From positions 6,448,001-6,512,000 of the forward strand of contig CM022675.1 of NCBI GenBank assembly GCA_012295275.1: DNA of 64,000 nt. Direction: 5' to 3'. This DNA comes from Chrysomallon squamiferum (taxonomy: Eukaryota; Animalia; Mollusca). Shown here piece by piece: positions 18,512 through 34,107 of this stretch. Position 1 is the first letter of the stretch. Every line of letters starts with the position of its first letter. The notes below the pieces were generated by a model. That model worked only from the letters and a program-made list of their open reading frames with translations. It did no database searches and was not told the origin of the DNA. Position numbers and translations under genes: made by a program.

Positions 18512-19382
18512 TTATTATTTAATTTTCTTGCTTTTTAGAAATATTATAAAAGTCACAAATCAAAGATGCGTGTTTGTATGTGTTACGTGTGTGTGGTTTC
18601 AAAACAAATAAAATTTCGACCTCGTAAAATTAATGGGGTCGCGCCCGCCATGCGTTCACGCCCCCCGTCTGAATCTGTTCCATCTTCACTTCCCGCTTTA
18701 CCAAATCCGGGATAATTAAAAACTTTATATCTACGAAATTTCAAGGATGTAACTAACTGTCCATATAACTGTTACTTCCTGGAAAATGAATGAAATGTGA
18801 GCATCGTGATTTCATTTTTTAATAAAACAATGCAACTGTTATGACAAGTTAAACATGAAAATATTCAGTTGACATGGAGGAAATATATTGCATGGACTAC
18901 GGAACGTAAATTCGTGACTTATAGCAAAAAAAAAAAAAAAAACACAATGAAATTTGTATTATTTAATATGAAACAATATTTCATTTTAAACGTTAAAGGT
19001 ACTAAGTGTATCCAGGAATAAGTTATTTGTTCACAAATAATTTTATTTTATTTTGGTGTACGTGTGTTATGTTTGGAGGCCTGTATATGTACTACGCAAT
19101 ACAGACATATTATCAATATTTGTTTAACAATAAGCGATTACTGTATTAATTTCGTACAAAATCTAAGAGGAAACCCGACTCTGCATAACATTCTCATCAT
19201 GACCTTTGATAAAACACTGGTAGTGAGAAATAACAATAGCAACAAGAATAATGATGACGATATTGATGATAGTAATGATAGCAGTATCAGTCGTAATAGT
19301 AGTAATGACAATAATAAATAATAACAAGAGAGAGATGCTGACTCTACATGATAAACAAACAAAAAATATTTAAAAACTGGTT

Positions 19383-19387
<5 letters not shown>

Positions 19388-19438
<51 letters not shown>
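19388..19438. repeat. (TG)n microsatellite
   Basis: Direct observation. Confidence 0.95.
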
Positions 19439-19440
<2 letters not shown>

Positions 19441-20415
19441 ATTTATAAAAACTGTAGACCCACTGCAGTGAACAAACAATATGTAAAAAGGATTCGGTCT
19501 TTCAGGTAAGTTTGTAAGGTAATGTTAGTAATTCCCAGTTGAAAAGATTTCTACTTCTTGAGAGAAACGATAAAAATTGTTCAAGTAATCGAAACCTTTC
19601 ACGTTTGTCATCTGCACAGTACATCATCAGTGTTTCTTGTCTACAGTTACCTATCCATTTCCAAAAATATAGCTTCTCGTGTTGCCTTCTTAACATTTCC
19701 TTTCACAAAATAAGGTTGTTACCAGAAATCATTTTGACCTCAGACGTCTATTAAAAATTTATGAAACCTATTGTATGATAATAACATGCGAAGACTTTGA
19801 TATTTAAATATTCCCAGTGACAAAACGTACCGTCTACCAATTAGGATAGAAAAGGACAGAATTATTTTTGCCCGATTTTAAAAGTTTTAAATGAAAAATG
19901 TCTAATCATAGTAATGTTAATTTGTACACTTTCGCATTACTGGCAATAAAGTTGCATGGGAATTTTAGAATCACTACGCCTGTTAATATATTAACAAAAC
20001 CAGAGGTAAATGTTCATTGTAAATAATTATACATTGATTATTTACTTCTTGTTAGAAGTTCATAATGTTAATAGGGTAATGAAACCCAGTGGAGCCTGCT
20101 CACTTTTGTCTAATGTTACCATATTTTGTTTCTTTCCGGAAAGACAATGATTTGTACGATGGAGACGTGGTTGCTGACTCCGAGCCAGAAGTCATGCGTG
20201 TAAAGTGAAAAAATCCGTTGTTTTTTCACATAAAACGTACAATGGATATCGGTCAGTGATAATGATATCACTTTTAAGAAGGAAGATATTAAACAGGTCG
20301 GAAACACCCAATCATTGATTCAGGGATGATAACACCAGTTCATCAGAGGGCGGTGTTGTTATTGTTATTTTGGTTATTGATAGGTGTGGAGGGGTAGGGT
20401 CTGTTGTTTTATATT

Positions 20416-20469
<54 letters not shown>

Positions 20470-20925
20470 GATAAAAATAGTATTAACCAAAACGAAATCT
20501 CCTTTTTAAAAAACTTATTATGATGTATGTATTTATAAGTGAATATAATAAAATACATTAAAAGAAAATAAATAAAATAATCATTTAACACTCATTAATT
20601 ATATAAATAAGGTCACCAACACTACCATCAATCAAAACAGCAACGCTACATGTTATATAACGTATTACATATTACGCATGAATTAACTTAAACCATCAAC
20701 AGATCAATTTAAAACATCGACCCACTACATTTTACAATAGTATCATAAAATGAAGATAAACCTTTAGTGTTAATCAATTTCAATAACTGATATCATTGTT
20801 AGCATGCTGTACTGAATTACATCCTGGTTGATCGGCAGATAATAGGATTAACTTGAGATATATTATATTGAATCAAATCTTTATTTTCTGATGACTAAAT
20901 CAATAATCATATATCTATCTGTATA

Positions 20926-20984
<59 letters not shown>

Positions 20985-21899
20985 GTAGTAGTAGTTTTTC
21001 TTCCTTTATTTATTTAGTTAGTTTAATATTTTTATTTTATTTTATTTTGTATTACTTTTATTTTATTATTTTTGTATACGTTTGGTAATAAATGATGGCA
21101 CTGTTATTATTATTATACTGTTGCATTTTTTTATTGTCGTTGTTGCAATCTTTTGTTGTTTTTTTATTATTATTTATTATTGTTATTACTACTGTTAAAC
21201 AGTATTATTTGTTCTGCTACTATTACTATTACTTCTAATAAAATTATCACGCCTATCACTGTCTGTATTACAATTACTACAATTTCTGCTATTACTAAAA
21301 CTGAGACTGTTATTATTATAACTATTATAGTACTAGTAGTAGTAGCAGTAGTAGCAGTACCTTTATCAATTAGTTTTGTACTTTGTCACAGGCACATACA
21401 GGTAGAAGGATAAACAGACAGATATAATGTAATTGTATAGTTTAGCCATTATACAAAAGGAACAATAATTAAATACATTTTTTTTTTAAAAAAAAAATCA
21501 ATATTTATATGTCATTCATTCCTTGAAAAGTAATTAAACTTTTAGGTAACAAATTTAAACGAATAAAAAATATATAATTAATATATTAAGGAATCTCTAT
21601 TATTATTTTTTTTTTTTTTTCTCTTCAGAATTAAAGATTGTAGCTACTTTTGGTAGACATTTGTGACATAATTTTGTTACTATGTTTATAAAAAGAAACC
21701 AAATATTGTCAGAGCAACAATGAACAATAATTATTTAACAAATTTTAAGAGGAACTATAAAACAAATCTCATCAGTGTAATTAATAATTTTCTTATCTAT
21801 GTTTTGTTGCCGTCGTCATCGCTACTGAAAGCCATTGCGTAACTAAGTAATCAATCAAAACAAATTGCTTTATGCAACTAGTTATTTACCGGGTAGATG

Positions 21900-22140
21900 T
21901 CGTATTCAAGTTTGATTTGATTGGTTGGAGTAAGGGGCATAACTCATGACATAGAAGATACGAATATTTGGTTAAATTTCATTGGTTGATATTCCTCCAC
22001 TCAGGCCACTCCCTTCGCACGAGCTCTTGGCGTGTCACCCTCCATCTTGAAAAGTCCGACAGACTAGAAGGCAAGAGTCGTCTACATCGAACGAATATCT
22101 TCAAACCATTAGCGCTTTCGCACACGTCTGACAAGTAAGT
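21900..22140 (+). promoter_or_regulatory. Probable promoter and non-coding first exon of profilin-1 (donor at 22134/22135)
   Basis: CpG-richer island with two inverted CCAAT boxes (ATTGG ~21920 and ~21981) and YY1-like CCATCTT (~22042). Consensus donor CAA|GTAAGT. The next clear acceptor before a CDS is TTATTTCAG at 30440. Confidence 0.55.
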
Positions 22141-25100
22141 ATAGACAATTAAAAAGTTTTTGTTAGTTTAATCGGGCGCTTATTTAAAATGTAATTACTT
22201 AGCCTGAACGTCAAACGAGAAAGTCGGAGAAGCGTGGGTTGATTATCCTAAAGAGTTAAACTTAAATGGCCGAGGTATTATGGATTAACTATCCTTGATT
22301 GTGCACTGATTAGGTGTTTTTACGTTTCAGTACTTTCACATTTACTAAGTTTACGGTGTACTTTCATTACCGATGGCTTAAATCGTTATTTTATTAGCAA
22401 ACATTGTTAAATGAATAACTTTGGTTTAGCATCAGACACGGTCTCCATTTATGACGACGACGTCTGAGTCAGACCATAGCGGCTAGCCTCTGAATCATTC
22501 ACTGCATTCCTAAGAACAAATGACGTGTAAACGAAAACGTTTTCTGGAATTTTATTTTCTTAAATGAGCACAATTCTTGTTTTTAAATTTATTTTTATCA
22601 GCCACTGACATACTTCCTGTTAATTCTCCTATATTTGTAAAATTATTCCCTTTATTTTATTAAATAAACATAAAAAAATAAAATTAGTTCTTTGTACAGT
22701 TTTAGGTTGTTCATTTTAATTTTTGTTAAAGATCATAATTTAAATCTGACAAAACAGGATATATGAAAATATTTTACCCTAAAAATCATTTATTAATGAT
22801 TGGCTTATAAGGAAAGTAAGATTTAAACTTCCTTATTCTAAAATCAGGAAAAAAAAAATGGAAAGATAAAAGCAATTTACATATTTCATTATGGTTATTG
22901 ACATCCTGTGCATTTTAAACATATTTTCCTAAGTATTTTGTGACACAGTTAAGAATAGTAACACCAAAGGAACCGAAGACAGTGCCATAAAATGAAGTAA
23001 TATTTCTGTAGATCCTCTAATGAACAATAACATTAAATGGCATAAATATAGGTTAAAATATTATCTTGTTTTACAATAATTTTATAAATGAAGGTTAGAA
23101 TACTCATTGCCATTGTTTTAAAAAAAAATGCTGAATAACTAACCTACAAATCAGCTAAATCACAATACATGTTTATTTGTTCAGTTAAGTTGTACATAGA
23201 GGAAATTAAGGTTTAGAAATTGCGGGTGATATATGAATAGTCAATTCTGAGAATGTGGAGGGGTGGAAGATTTACACACATTTATTGTATACTTAGCATC
23301 AATCTGCCATTAAAATTGTCATTTGTAGACACACACTCTTTAATATGATTTTTAACTACATGCACAAGAACATTATTTCCCTTAGATATGTGATATAGTA
23401 ATTTGATGCAAGTATTGTTTAATAGAACATACTGTGGAAGCGAGTCACATTGACAAGCACTTTTAAAATGCTTTGTTTAAAGGCAGTTTAGTTTTGTGTA
23501 TTTGTCATTATTAAATGCATGTGGTGTTTTTCTTTTTCTTTTTCTTAATTGTAATCAAATGTAAATTATTAAGAGTACTGTGTACCTTCAAAGACAGGTT
23601 TATTTTAAATGATTATCACCAATGTTTGATTTTAAGAGTTGTGCCTTTTAAATACATTTCATTGATTATTGCTTTGCTGTTACCACAAGGCAAGGTCACT
23701 TTAATGAAAATATTGACATTCCTTGGAGAAACGTTAACGGTGCATAATTTTTATTTGCTTATTTAAAACAAAAATATGAAATTCTGCAGGACTGATTTAT
23801 TTATAATACTGATGAGAGCAGCAATGCATCTAAGTTGAAATTTTAAAAGTTTATTTGTACCAAATGTTTCATTTTGAGGTGACCTTTCTTTAATAAAAAA
23901 CAAAACAAAACAAAAAAAAATGTAATATATTGGTTATGGATAGATTTCAGAATATTTTGAAGCAAATCATTGTATATTGTCTGTCCTGCATTGGGGAAAG
24001 TTGGTGAGTTCATACATATGATTTGTAAGAATAAATGCTGTTCCAGATATATCTTGGTGTACATCCAACTAAGTCATCATTAATGCATATCGATTAAAAC
24101 TGACATTCCTTCAGTTGTGAATGACCCCAAAATGATGATTAAATATGAAGGAAAAAAACCCAACCCAGATGGAAATGATTATACGGTCAGGTGGTGTTCT
24201 GCTTTGAACAAACATTGATGGGATAGTCAGATAGCAGGCCACTTTAAAAGCCTGTCATGCTTGTATAATTTTTATTGAACTGAAATCTTATCACTAGCTC
24301 AGTATTGTTATATTACTTGTACAAAGCCAGAGTAGACAAACCTAACTTAACTGGCACATGACTTTTGGAGCAGAATGTTCTGTCAAAAAACAAAATTTCA
24401 GGATGACAAAATTATGCCATATAATTCCTTTCAGGATAAATATTTTACACTGAAAATCCACTATATATTTAATGTAATAGTTTTAATCCTTCCTCACTTT
24501 AAAAATGTAGGATTGCCTTTAAATATTTTCTTCAAATCACACATACTCCCAAAAAAAACCCCACAACTATGCCAAAACTAACCAAAACAACTTTTTGAAT
24601 TAATACAAACTGTTGATCTAAACTCTGCAGTAAAATGGGATAAAATTTTTAAGTGAAACATAAAAGCTTCAGTATTGATAAATTACACAGTTTGCTATAT
24701 AAAACAGAGAACCTCTATTCAGTAGTAAAATTTCAATACAAACTGAATAAATATATATATATATATACACATACACATATTTTTTTTTTTTTTTTTTTTT
24801 TTTAAAAAGTAAATGCTGATTTAAGGTTTCAAAAAAAAAAAAATAGTAGTTTCTTGTTACTGGTAGCGGCCCAGTTTCCTCTGACCATTGATACTGACTT
24901 GATATTTGATACTTGGTGTTGGAGATCCAAAATAGCCAAATCAGTTACTGGTTGCCCTATGTATCAGGTGTCACTTTTGGAGTTGTATTTATCCTTGTTT
25001 AACAACTTCCTTGTTTGTTCAATTGATTTGGCTCATTTTGTGCAGATTAACAAATACATTTGTTTCAAATTCAGAGGGGGAGGGAAAGTTTGAAAATCTA

Positions 25101-28100
25101 AATAGAAATAAATAAATATTTCTAAAAATTTTAAACTTAAAAAAGAAAAACTAAGATTTTCTTAAACATTTTACAACATAAATTTCACCTTGAAGTTTAA
25201 ATTAAAAAATTCATGAGTTGTGATTCACCGGTAACAAATCATTTATGTTCAAACACTTCACCTAATGACCTTGACATGACCTTTGACTTTGGCTGGTGAT
25301 TAGGAAGTTGTTTTGATGACTTCTTCAATCTAAACTTTTATCAGTTCAGCATTGCCCATTTCTGGCAAATGTAATATCTTGATGTTAACCCCAGCTGTCC
25401 TATTAACGTATTCTGACATCTATCCATTTATCGGCAGAATGTCCCTTGTAGCAGCTGTATAGTATCAGGGTAATAATACTCTAAAATGTTTCAGTCTAGG
25501 GGGCCTTTAGAGGGCTGCATTATTTAAATTACCCAGGTTCATGTGTTACTTACATTAACTTAACATTCATAGCTGGAAACTGTTTATAATGTGCATTTAA
25601 CTGTCCACCCAGGGAATAATTTGATAATTATCTTATTCTAAACTGCTTCATAAAATATTCAGACTCTAGAGTGCACAAAATCTTCTTTTTTTTTAATACA
25701 GTATTCACATTTAATTGTTACGTGCATACTGAATATTTACAGAGAGGAATCATTATTGTTTGTTATTCCCTTGTTTAATAAGTTTTCTAGAATGAACAAA
25801 CAATCAGAAATAGGTTAAATGCTCAATTACTAACTTGTCCCAGTACATTTTTCTACTTTCCATGGTCTTGCAGAAATTGAGTAGGATGGATTGCTGTGGT
25901 GAATCTGCTCACAGTAGCCAGTTTTTTGTACTACATTCAGTTCTAGCCAGTGGTCTGTGACTGGTTTAAACAAATGAGCTTTTCAAACACACACACACAC
26001 ATGTATATCATAACAAATGGGTGGTCTGAATGTTGTGATACATGAAAAGTGAACCTAACATTTTAATACATTTTATAGAATCATTAAAAAATTTACCTCA
26101 TCTATTCATATGAAATAACTAGATAGCAGATTTGCCACTCAAATTATAGATTTTGATAAAACAAATTGCAAGAAAATCCACATGCAGTGGCTGCATTAAT
26201 GCATCATAAACAGATTTTTTTTAAATGGGATATATAGCAGTTCTTTCATTCTTTTTAGCTAAGTATTAGTTTCTGCTTTATAGATTCTGACATGAAAATA
26301 ACAGGTGACCCACCACATGTTTCATTAGCAGTTTACTGAATGTGGAGTGGAAATGTGCCTGTCTTTCATTATAAAACTGAAAATCTGAACAGGCAGTAAT
26401 TCTGATTAACCCATATTTCTTTTAAAATGTAAAATTGATTACCAAAGTCAAGAATATAAATTGGATAATACTGTTTTGAATACAGATTGGCGAACAGACT
26501 TAATTTTTAAACATTATTGTGCACAAGGTTGCATTCATTTTACTGGAAAGGATTGTTTACTAATTCAGGAAAGAGCATTTGTCTTTTTTTTAAAAAAAAT
26601 CACTGAAAATTCTCAAAATGTTCATTAATTCATTTTGATTTTTTAATTAAATTTTGAATCAGATTTTGAATAGTGTTAAAAATACGTTCTAAATCAGTGA
26701 AATAAATTTAAAAAAAAAAATTCTCCATTCTTGGGTAAATCTGAAGAGTTAACCTGTTTATTTGGGACGTTATTCAATTCAGGAAGCCTGTGCATTATCT
26801 AAGGAAGTAGTCTGTTTGACAATGTGAAATAGCATAGAAGTTAACATTAGGGAAGTAGCCATTGTAGGTAAAAAAAAACTGAACCAGTCCTAAAAACAAA
26901 AACAGTTGAATACATTTGTTCTCTAAGGTGATACATTTTACTATGATGAATAAAAAATGATATGTATTTCGCAAAGCAACTCCCATATTATAAAAATCAT
27001 ACCAACCTGTCTCCCCTCTTACTGCAAATAAATGGGACAGTCCAGTCTACGAGTCATCTGACAGGCAGGAAGTGATATGTCAGAAAACTTGCCTGGGGTC
27101 TTGCATAAGTTTCAGCTGTACTTAACAAAGTTGAAAGGTCAGTTACAATTAATTTAGTTGTAGTTCATTTTTGATGCCTTTTGATTGTTATCTATTTTTT
27201 TTGTGCTAATATATTTTACATATATGACCAGTTTCTTAATAATTTTATTTTTAATTAAAAAGTAATACCTAAATTTTGACTTTTAAAACCTATTTTGATT
27301 AAGAGGTTTAATTTTTTTCCCAACTACATTTCAAGCTGTATTGGTAAATTACAATTGTTTTTTTTTCTTTTGAAAAATTGTTTTCTGGGGTTTTTTTTAG
27401 TCTTAAATCTGCATGTTCAGTTACAAACGATTTGCTTGTTTAAATGCTGCAGATAAAGGTACCTTCTTCGTTCTAGAAACATCTTTTTTCCAGAAATTAA
27501 TCTCTGTGAATGATGAAAGAAAACAAAAATTGTTTTCTTAGGTTGTTTACAATAGTACATATGAATGTAGATATCTGATAGTGTTAAAATGGTTTCTGAT
27601 CCAGATAAAATACTGATTTTAAAATAGAATAAAATTCCACTTGATGGATTCTAAAGGATAATACATATATAAAATCTATTAAATTTGTCACTGAAATTTT
27701 CCATTTAGATGGATTTATAGCATTTATTTTATTTTAGACATTGAGCACAAAACAGCAAGATCATTTTTGTATTCTGTTTGTAACAGGCTCAGTCCATTAC
27801 AAATGTTTTGTCATAATTAATCTATAAGCTGTAAATGCAGAACATATTAGATAGATTTGATAATAAAACATTTTATTGTCCATATTTCTTCACAAAAAGA
27901 GAAAATCTTAGATTGTCACCTGTGGAAGGTTACCAAGTTGGAACTGAAGATTTGCACACTGAATATTTCACAGCAAGCATATTACAGCTGTCCTTTCATA
28001 TAGTCTTAAATGTGAATTTATCTTTGAAAGGCAAGAAAGGGAAATAGGTGTCCCTTATAATTTTGGTGAATATTTGTTTTAATGAATGTAGTTAATTTAC

Positions 28101-28747
28101 TTTAATAAATGAGTTGAGTTTGTACTTAATAGAAGTCAAGGTACTTTTAATTGCTAGGTTTAAGAGAACATTTTCTAGTGTCCTTTCCTTTGCCGATTTC
28201 AATACTGAAACCAAGTTTTGTTAATGAGATTCATTTCCTTGTGTACACAAAAACTAATTTCAATTGTTTTAAGCTGCTGTGCTTTGAAAGACGGTGAACA
28301 TAAGTTTATCAGGGTTTTTTGTTTTGTTCTCCTAAACATTGTCAAAGCATCAAAACAATCGCGGCTCCAAGATTTCATGAATCCATTTAAAAGAAGATCC
28401 AGTTTGAAAATTCAGTAAGGTAAAAAGTTGACAATTTAAGCATGTTGTTGGTGATGTAGATTTTCACCAGACTAACATACCATGATGACTAATCCAGAAG
28501 ACTAAATCTTTTCTAATGGCATTGTGGTTGACTTTGCAGCTGAGAGTTGATTTGTTTTTAGATGTTTTTAAAAAGAAGAAAAAAATGGCTCGACATGTTT
28601 CAGTAGAACAACGATGCTGATGTTTTGGTCAGCTAAAAATATTTTTAACTTTTTTAATTTGTTGCTTCTGTGTGTCTTATTTGCAAGTGCCTTTATGTAT
28701 GTCCATCTGTTGGTCCTTGGCATTTGGCAGTTGTAATGATAAAAAAT

Positions 28748-28779
<32 letters not shown>

Positions 28780-30447
28780 CATTTCTAGTGACTGCCAATA
28801 ACCATTGACCTAAATGTCGTGAACGCAACTGTGTACGCTTTTTTTTGCATTCTTGTTTTTCATTTTAAAACATTTTTAGAGAGCATGCAATAGATGACAT
28901 CTCTTTCAAGACTAAATTCCAGTCTAAATTTTAGTCATTTTGACTTGCTATCTTCTAATTTGTGGAAAGGCAGGAGGGAATGATTTGTAGCAATGGCTAC
29001 CATTATAGCTTTAATTTACTGAATTGAATGCGACTGATAAATTGTTAATATTAACTTAAGATATAAAAAAAAAAAATTAATTGCAATACAGCAATAAATT
29101 TTCTAGACTATTGACCAGATACCATTGTTTGATTAATAAAGGGGACTTTTTCTTCTGGTATTTTTAAAATGGTTATTCATATTGTTAAATATATTTCATT
29201 AAACTGTGACAGTTCTGTATAAATGACATTGTAAAATACAGAAGTGAATTGACATCTGATAACATAAATATTGAATTATTGCTTTTCAAAACAAAATGTA
29301 TGCAAGTTCATGAATATGAACAATGAAAAATTGGCTTACCTTTGTTAAAAGTAAATCCTTAACATACAAAATACTCAGCTTTCTTCAGTGATTATAAATA
29401 TACATGTATATGAACTCATTTTACTACTTCCAACAGGTAATTTGACCTTAAAAGTATTCAGATAAAAAGCCTATGTACTTCATAGGTTTATTTATTTTCT
29501 TTAATACACTGAATGCTTTAAGTTTAATGAATTCTTTATTCTGATTGAATATATGGCCTGTTAATATAATATGTTCATGAATAATCAATAGTGATTTATC
29601 AAAAATCTGAACTGAATATAATGTACAGTTGGCTGCATTTGATTGAATATTTTAAAATTAGTTTCAGCAAATGAACTATTACTATAGCTTTTAATGTTAT
29701 TAAAAAAAAAAAAAAAAGATTGCTATTGTTTCATGTTGCGCATTATGTACATAATATGCTTCTAATCTGTTAAGTTTTTTAAATGTAATTTTCAAGCAAT
29801 GCTGAAGAGAAAATAACTTTAAAACTGATTTTAGTTTTTTTTTTTTTTAATTGAGAAACTAGTTGGTTTTAGTGGCCAGCAGAACTGACAAGCTGTTGGT
29901 TGGTTGTTAACGTGTGATTAAATTAGCATGTTTACAGTTGTCAGTTTTTCTTTTGTGTGTGAGATTTGATTGAGGCATTGAACCATGATGATACTGTAAA
30001 TGTGAATAAAAAAAAAAAAAAAAAAAAATTCAATGTACACATTAAAAAGTATTATAAATGTGTATGAATTAGGAATATTTAACACGATATCAAATGCTTG
30101 ACATTCAACTTGCACGTAGTCAGATTTTTTTATATTATTATTTTATTTTAAATATGGATTCTACTTCATAAATTAATGTACCAGCTTGCATTATCTTGAT
30201 TGCATTTTATGATTTTTAAATTGATGTTATATGTGCAAATAAAATATTTCATTTCCATTTTAAAATGTTGGCTAGAATTCAATTATGCAGTTAATCTTGA
30301 CTATCCAATATTAAATTGCATGTATTTTAATGTTTAATAAAATTTAAGACTGAAAAAAAAAATGAATAAATGTAAAATGTTTTAAAAATATTTTTATTTA
30401 ATTTTTTAAATGATAAAATGTTTTTATTTTATTATTTCAGTTAAAGA

Positions 30448-30846
30448 ATGGGAGGCTGGGATGATTATGTGGATACTTTGACTAAAGGAGGATGTCAGTT
30501 AGCAGGCATTTTTGGTCAAGATGGTAGCAGATGGGCGTCGAACTTCAATCCAACGGCTGATGAACTAAAAAAAATAGTTGGCTTAATTCAAGGGTCATTA
30601 ACAATGGGCGACGGACCTGGAATTACTCTGGAAGGCAAAAAGTACACAGTATTGTGCGTTGTTCCTTCTGATATGTTGCGATTGAAACGCATGTCTGATG
30701 AAACAGATGATTCAAAGAAGTACCTTTTTGTCATTAATTTGTCGAATACCGCAGTTGTTGTTGGTGGGGCCTGCGGGAGTACCGAACGAGATGCCGCTGG
30801 GGCTGTAGCATCAGTGCGTGATCATTTGCAAAAGAATAACTACTGA
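30448..30846 (+). CDS. Profilin family protein (132 aa, intronless CDS)
   Basis: MGGWDDYVDTL...AGIFGQDGSRWAS...GITLEGKKYTVL...SNTAVVVG...VASVRDHLQKNNY carries the profilin W-x-x-Y N-helix, GxDGxxWA, GxxLxGxKY and C-terminal aromatic residues. Acceptor at 30440, 7 nt before the ATG. Confidence 0.92.
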   Translation: MGGWDDYVDTLTKGGCQLAGIFGQDGSRWASNFNPTADELKKIVGLIQGSLTMGDGPGITLEGKKYTVLCVVPSDMLRLKRMSDETDDSKKYLFVINLSNTAVVVGGACGSTERDAAGAVASVRDHLQKNNY

Positions 30847-33800
30847 CATTTGTTTGGACATCTGCATATCTTTCTTGCATGCAGTTACAACATCTCCACA
30901 TGAAGACCAAACTGTATGCAGTCATTCATGTGATATGGCTCACCACTTCCAGTGCTAATATAAAAAAAAAAAAAAAAAAAAATGACAAACTTATTTTTGG
31001 GTTTTCTTTCCTTCATTTATGAAAAAAAAAAAAATCTTTATTTGCCTGTTAGTTGTAATTTCTCAGAATGCACTGTTAATTTGTTGGTGCACTGAACTAG
31101 TATGGGTTGTACCTTGTTAGAATTCTGGTGCAAGTTAGCTGCATTCTTCTGTAATTGTGCTTTGTTTCCTTCTGTCTTTTATACAATGTTGTAAAACATT
31201 TACCAGTACACTGAGTTGATAACTGTAATGGATTTAATGCTCAAGAGCCATTGATAACATAGCAGAATTGTAGCACATTTTTAAATTTGTACTGAAAAAT
31301 AAACTTACGCTACATGAAAATACAATTAAGTTTTTGATATTTGTATTCTGATACCAGTTACATTTTTAGAATTGAAATATGACTTCTGAACAACTTCATC
31401 TGAATATTTATTTTAAATGTCTTCAATACCGTATTGTACTTGGCAGTTGTTGTTTTTTTTTTAAAAGATTTTCTCGTGGTTTTTTAATGGTGGGTTGTAA
31501 TTTAGCGCAAACATAATTGTTGAAAGAATATGGCTATCTTTTAGTCTGCTGGGTGAGGCAAGAACCTTTATTTTTTGCTCATCTCAGATCTGCGCAGATT
31601 TTATAAATTAAGTTGCAAGATGTTTTTATTTTATCAAACCGTATCCAGTTGATTACAATCATTTGTTACATTGCAAGTTCAATTCATACCATGACAGGCA
31701 TCCTAGCATGCTTTATGTCCCCCACTTTTTCTTCCCTGCAGAAATTTAAATAGTTACTAAAGGTCACAAAGACTTTCAATTAAAGTGAAAAGCTCTGGTT
31801 TTAATTCACTTATGAAACAATATTAGCTTCATTTTTAAAAAAAATTTGTCTATGAAAGTGTTAGGTGTTAAGGACATTGCTATGCAAAATAAAAATAAAA
31901 TGACGTGTAATAGGGAAATAATGGTAATGCAAAAGTCAAATTAAGAAATGAATTGCACTAAATTTAAAATTCAGAAATATTTTGATTTGGAATCCTTTTT
32001 AAATGAATTTCTACAACATTGCACAAATTAACAGTTAATTAGTTTTAAAAAAAACACAAAAAAAAACATTGAAAGATTGGCATTACTGCACATAAAATTA
32101 CATTTACAGGTCCATTTCATGATAGTTTTTATGTTGAACTGGATGTACCAGAAGCTTGCTTTGTTAAACTTTAAAGTATAATTTTCTTTCTCTCTGTATC
32201 ATTAGAAGAGCGATATTTTGTTCATCTTTAAAAAACAAAACAAAACAAAGGAAAGTGTACTAGGTGAAAACATTTGGATAAATCTGTATGCAACAAACCA
32301 TTGATGACTTTGTTATTCATCACAAAGATTTTTTTTTTTTTTTTCAGGTTTTATCTTTATAATTTTTACTTACATTTAACCAGTATGATAAACCACAATC
32401 CAGCTTTTGAAAGTCATCACTCAGTCATAAAGAAACCCTTCTGAAATGGTTTTTCAAACTTCTACTTCTCTCAATGTAAAAGTGTGGGTTTTTTTTTTTT
32501 GGGGGGGTGAGGGGTCATGAAATTGTAATTGAATAATGAAAAGCAAGTGGAAAAACTGTAGCATAATCTAGACCAGATTATTAACTTAACAAATTTACAT
32601 TTAAACATGTAAGAAACAGATGTTGCAAAGTTACCTTCAGTCTTGTATTCAGTAGGTCATTATATTTGAATTATTTAACCCATATTTATCATTTTAAATT
32701 ATTTAGCAGCTGATACTTTTCTTTTGCACCTTTATCCACTATTGACAACCATTCCAATATCTCGATGTCACATTGCTGCCTATACAGATGGTACCATTTA
32801 TTGTACTTGCTTATTACGTAAAGCCACATTTTGTGCTTATTTGAGTTGTTGGTAGATCAAATAAGTAGAGGAAGCATATTCATTTACAAAATAAAGATGT
32901 GCTAATTTGCCTCAGACGCATATATACGTTTATATACATCTTTAAAAAAATGTAGTTGCTTTACAAAATAAAATACTATTTAAAAACGTCTTGTATTTTG
33001 TTTTATGGCTGCCAGTTTTATGTATAAGCAGCCCTTTTTAGAATTTAAAAATGACCAGTGAAACATAAAATTGAGAGCATAAATTGTAGGCTTTTCTGCA
33101 CATTGTTTGGAAAGAAAGAAGCTGAAAACCAAATAATGAATGTTCCATTCCTTTGATTTCGTATATCTGTGGACTAGGTTTTATTCAGTCTCTTCTTTCT
33201 TTGAAATATAGTTTGTCTATTTTTGAAATTGAAATGTCTTCTTGAACTGGGGAGAATATGCTAGAATAGTAAGCCATTCATCTGTAATGTTATTTGGAAC
33301 TGTTAAGAACACATTTAATACAACTACAATTTCTTACAGCAAGTTGGGCCCATGATTAGTTTATGCATGGATCATTAAAAATATATTATCATTTAAGTTA
33401 TGCATCTGAGGAGATATGAAATGAAAACGGCAAAAATAAACCCATTTGTTGCTTACGGTTCATTGGAACAAAAACCAATCATTATTTTTAATTTTTCATC
33501 CTTTGTCCTTCACAGTGGGGGGGGGGAGCATCCATTCAAAAGGGATAAGTTGGTGCCTTGTGTCTGTAATTTGGTTGCCAGTCTAACTTCGTACAGTAAC
33601 AAAAGTAGCATATAGTGAATAGGATAAGATGCTCACAAGTTTTTGTGTAGGTGTTAGAAAAACTAAAGTCATTCACTGTTATTGACCACGAAAACTGGCA
33701 CATTACAACTAATTGAAGAATTTAATTTCTTGCCCATTTCAAGAGGCTAATTAAATGGTATGTGTTGTCCTGCCTTTTCAACAGTTTTGGTCCACTCTAG

Positions 33801-34107
33801 TTTTTACATTTTATTTTATTAAATTTTTCCCCTTTACATTTTAAAGATCTCAAGTATTGAGATGGCCCCCTGGAGAGGGGATCTGAGTTTCTGGTACAGG
33901 TATTGAAGAATATTTTTAAAAAAATGTCAGTTTCACAGAAAACTCTTTGAGCTATAAGTAAATAGTGCCAGTGTATGCAAATTATTTAATTCCAGTAACC
34001 ATAACTAATTTGCATGTGGGCATCAAACTGACACAGCTCTTTATGCTGTGCTTTTACTAATTTTGAATTTTTTACATAGAAATCTTCCACCATTTTGTTA
34101 CGTTTAC

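Noticed and set aside
19064-21413. Low-complexity ORFs (poly-I/L/N etc.) here and at 13131, 39981, 41271, 47509-47903 and 63510
   Set aside because: They are translations of microsatellites and AT-rich tracts.
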